DNA from: a virus
Lineage: Duplodnaviria; Caudoviricetes
Reading direction: 5' to 3' (one strand)
Virus record (IMG/VR): IMGVR_UViG_3300017781_000005
Coordinates: 1-59,980 of that record
DNA: 59,980 nt
Shown: positions 57,395 through 59,980 of the stretch, in pieces
Numbering within the stretch: the stretch's first letter is position 1
How the letters are laid out: each line of letters begins with the position of its first letter
Notes under the pieces: model-generated
What the model was told of the DNA's origin: nothing
The model's database searches: none
Seen by the model: the letters and a program-made list of their open reading frames with translations, nothing else
Made by a program: the position numbers and the translations under genes

Positions 57395-58966
57395 ATGGCT
57401 GATAGAGACCCCGCAACAGAAGAAGCCCGTCATCAAGAGATGATGGCCCTTTTAGGTGCCATAGGCACTACTATGGCCGAACAAACTGGCGTTCTAACGG
57501 ATATCAAAACGGATCAAAGCGAAGCTAACGAAGATGATGAAGAAGCAAGAAAAAAAGCCGCTCGTGATGCTAAGAAAGAGAGCGTAACTGAAGAAGATGG
57601 CAAGAAAGGATCAGGATTATTTGCCGGAGTTAAGGGTGCTGTAGCCGCCGAGGGTGGCAAACTGAAGATGGCCAAGAAGCTAGGAATAGCGGCCGCATTG
57701 CTACCATTCCTTGACGGATTTCTTGGTAGCATGATTGATGACATCAAAGAATCTCTTTTCCCAAGTAGTGATCCTGACGGCAAAAAAGATCAAAAATCAT
57801 TAATAGAAAGAAGCGTAGGTAAAGGTGGACTGTTTGCCCTAATCGGTGGGTTCATTAACAAGAGACTTATAATACCTGGTTTCTTCATGGGTGTCTTTAA
57901 TGAAGTATTCAAAGACATGGAGAACAATAAGTATCTCGAAAAGACTGGACTAACTCCGGAACAGCAAAAGTCCCTAGGTCTGGCAATGTCTGGTGCTTTA
58001 GGTCTTGCAGTTCCTAGACTAGTTACAAAGACTGTACCTGGATTAGTCAGAAGTACTGTACAAGGAGCGAATCAATTTGGTCAAGCGGCTGCCGCTCAGA
58101 GGGCATTAACAACAAATGCCGCAACAGGAGTTACTGGTCAAGCAGGTAGAACAGTTCCAACTGGAATGAGAGTAAACAGTGCTGGTAGAGTTGTTAACGC
58201 AACTACAGGAAGATTTACCTCTGTTGCTGATCTTGAAAAAGCAATGAAGGCTCAAAAGAGAGCGGCAAAATTAGCAAAATATGCTAAGTTCTTTAAATTC
58301 TTGAAAGGTGGAGCATTAGCAATCTTACCATCTTTATTCGATGTAGCGATGGCAATCTATAATGATGCACCAGAAGATGAAGTTAAGAAACAGTTGTCTG
58401 GAGTTCTAGGTGCCGCAGGTGGCTTTGCTATTGGTGCATTAGGTGGTAGCGCATTAGGTACTGCTATATTCCCTGGAGTTGGTAGTGCAATTGGATTGTT
58501 CTTAGGTGGTACTGCAGGTGCTCTAGGCGGTGAAAAACTTATTGAGATGATTACTGGTTCTTTACTAAGTGGTCAAGACCTTGATGCAGATAAATTTAAA
58601 GGAAATGCTGGAGCAAAAAGAAGAGCGCAAAGACAGGCTGCGAAAAATAGAGCCAAAGGAATAACTCCTGATCAAGCGATGGGACAACTAGATGCTTTGG
58701 CCGCTAAATCGACTGGTACTACAGGAACTCCTAATATTACACCAGCCGCAGAAGCTGGTCTAGAAGCACAAACAGAAAAAATGACAACTCCTTCAGGTGG
58801 ATTTATCGATTCTTCAATGCAGAATATGATCAATAATGCACTCGTTGGTGGCAATACAAACAATCAAACAAATGTTGGTGGATCAAGTACTACATTTAAC
58901 ATAGTAAACGGTTCTAATAGTTCACTAAGTAACGCACCGCATTTACCTGTTCCTCAAGGCTTCTAA
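57395..58966 (+). CDS. Tape-measure/baseplate hub-like protein (gp29-like position)
   Basis: A/G-rich helical protein with glycine-zipper hydrophobic segments and an N/T-rich C-terminus; follows gp26-gp51. Confidence 0.6.
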   Translation: MADRDPATEEARHQEMMALLGAIGTTMAEQTGVLTDIKTDQSEANEDDEEARKKAARDAKKESVTEEDGKKGSGLFAGVKGAVAAEGGKLKMAKKLGIAAALLPFLDGFLGSMIDDIKESLFPSSDPDGKKDQKSLIERSVGKGGLFALIGGFINKRLIIPGFFMGVFNEVFKDMENNKYLEKTGLTPEQQKSLGLAMSGALGLAVPRLVTKTVPGLVRSTVQGANQFGQAAAAQRALTTNAATGVTGQAGRTVPTGMRVNSAGRVVNATTGRFTSVADLEKAMKAQKRAAKLAKYAKFFKFLKGGALAILPSLFDVAMAIYNDAPEDEVKKQLSGVLGAAGGFAIGALGGSALGTAIFPGVGSAIGLFLGGTAGALGGEKLIEMITGSLLSGQDLDADKFKGNAGAKRRAQRQAAKNRAKGITPDQAMGQLDALAAKSTGTTGTPNITPAAEAGLEAQTEKMTTPSGGFIDSSMQNMINNALVGGNTNNQTNVGGSSTTFNIVNGSNSSLSNAPHLPVPQGF

Positions 58967-59160
58967 TCAATATCTCTTTTCTTGCGAGTCAGTGTAGTTT
59001 CTACATCGTCTTGCTTGAGAAGTTCTTCAAGTTCTTCTACTGAAACATAGTCTAAGTCCCAGTGATTACAGATATCGTTGCGATATCTCGTATGATTCTT
59101 ATCAGACGATTTCGATTTCTTTCTGTTAAAATAATCTTTCAAACGGTCGCTAATTTGCAT
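58963..59160 (-). CDS. Hypothetical protein (65 aa)
   Basis: GAGG RBS upstream and a late-promoter-like TATAAAATA at about 59174-59182. Confidence 0.6.
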   Translation of the reverse strand: MQISDRLKDYFNRKKSKSSDKNHTRYRNDICNHWDLDYVSVEELEELLKQDDVETTLTRKKRDID

Positions 59161-59185
59161 ATAAACCTCTCGCTATTTTATAGAC

Positions 59186-59212
59186 AAAAAAAGGGGCGCA
59201 TCCTTGCACCCC
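59186..59212 (-). terminator. Rho-independent terminator after gp32
   Basis: Minus strand GGGGTGCA-AGGA-TGCGCCCC followed by T7. Confidence 0.85.
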
Positions 59213-59244
59213 ATAAACCCTAGATTGAGTTTTGACCAATCACC

Positions 59245-59979
59245 TTAGTCTTCCGCTAAACTCTTGAAGAAATCAAGAGAGTCATCCGTTGACTCTGATG
59301 TGGTTGAGGATGGGGCTTCAGCCTGAGCAACTGCTGGTGCAGATCGCTCTTTAAAGTTTGGCTGAAACTCCATCCCCGCATTGCTGTCCTCGGCAGTAGG
59401 GCTGGGTGCGTGTGTACTGCCATCAAGTTGGAGAACCTTATGCAATTTTGCTTTCAGTTCAGCATAGGACTTGAAGTTTTTAGGATCAACAATTTCTTGA
59501 AGGGAATGTTGCTTATTCCATACTGCTTCCATATCTTCGTCAGACAATTCACCTTCTGAGGAAGCGATTGGAGCAGGTGAAGCAAACTCAGACTTGTCGT
59601 AGTTGCGATAGCCTTCTACTTGACGAATCTTTAGTTTGAAGTCAGCACCTTCCCAAAAGTCGAATGGGTTGATTGGATCTTCGTCAGCGAACTGAGGATT
59701 CATAGCATCGTTCAGTTTGTCGAAGATTTTCTTACCAAATTTATACAAATAAACTTGACCTTCACGAGAAGGATTTGATGGGTCAGATACGACCATTACA
59801 TTAGCAACATAGCTAAGACGGCGTTTCTGTTTACGAGCAATCTCTTTGTCTTCATCGTGACCAGAGTTCCACAACTGAGAGTTATACTCAGATACTGGAT
59901 CGTCTTGACTTAGAGTTGTTAGAGACTTCTCGATGTACCAACCACCTGGTCCTTGAAAGCCATGATCCCAATAGCGAAC
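59245..59979 (-). CDS. gp32: Single-stranded DNA-binding protein, 5' end outside the window
   Basis: The frame stays open to the edge: HGFQGPGGWYIE.SLTTL...DPVSEYN, YKFGKKIFDK, FD.WEGADFKLKIR.V.GY.NYDKSEF; acidic tail DFFKSLAED. Confidence 0.95.
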   Translation of the reverse strand, partial: VRYWDHGFQGPGGWYIEKSLTTLSQDDPVSEYNSQLWNSGHDEDKEIARKQKRRLSYVANVMVVSDPSNPSREGQVYLYKFGKKIFDKLNDAMNPQFADEDPINPFDFWEGADFKLKIRQVEGYRNYDKSEFASPAPIASSEGELSDEDMEAVWNKQHSLQEIVDPKNFKSYAELKAKLHKVLQLDGSTHAPSPTAEDSNAGMEFQPNFKERSAPAVAQAEAPSSTTSESTDDSLDFFKSLAED

Positions 59980-59980
59980 A

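Noticed and set aside
59245-59874. Track start for the 209-aa ORF
   Set aside because: The frame is open to the window edge with gp32 motifs, so the true start lies outside the window.
1-59980. CRISPR arrays, tRNAs, IS elements, alternative genetic code
   Set aside because: The window is almost fully coding with very short gaps; no spaced repeats, cloverleafs or transposases were seen; standard stops give full-length genes.

Overview
This window is the virion-morphogenesis (late) region of a large T4-like myovirus; the repertoire resembles marine T4-like phages, but the host cannot be read from the window. On the minus strand, read right to left, lie gp48, gp53, a gp27-like hub, gp5, gp25, gp6, gp7, gp8, a DUF4815/VrlC-like giant protein, about 20 kb of large accessory fibre/spike genes, then gp13-gp20 (portal truncated at the left edge). 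A divergent plus-strand block holds gp4, a thermonuclease, gp2, gp54, gp26, gp51, two small membrane proteins and a tape-measure-like protein. gp32 is truncated at the right edge. T4 late promoters (TATAAATA) precede several operons. Most notable: (1) an accessory appendage locus with a plant-type LRR protein, a tandem paralog pair and a beta-helix spike; (2) short modules inserted into many unrelated structural proteins; (3) a consensus sigma70 promoter firing antisense into gp5, about 2 kb upstream of an apparent GC-skew switch, resembling T4 oriE; (4) several metal-binding folds that seem to have lost their ligands; (5) small membrane ORFs missed by the track and an EF-hand two-TM protein. 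I saw no tRNA, CRISPR array, intein or mobile element. All family calls come from motif recognition, not database searches.
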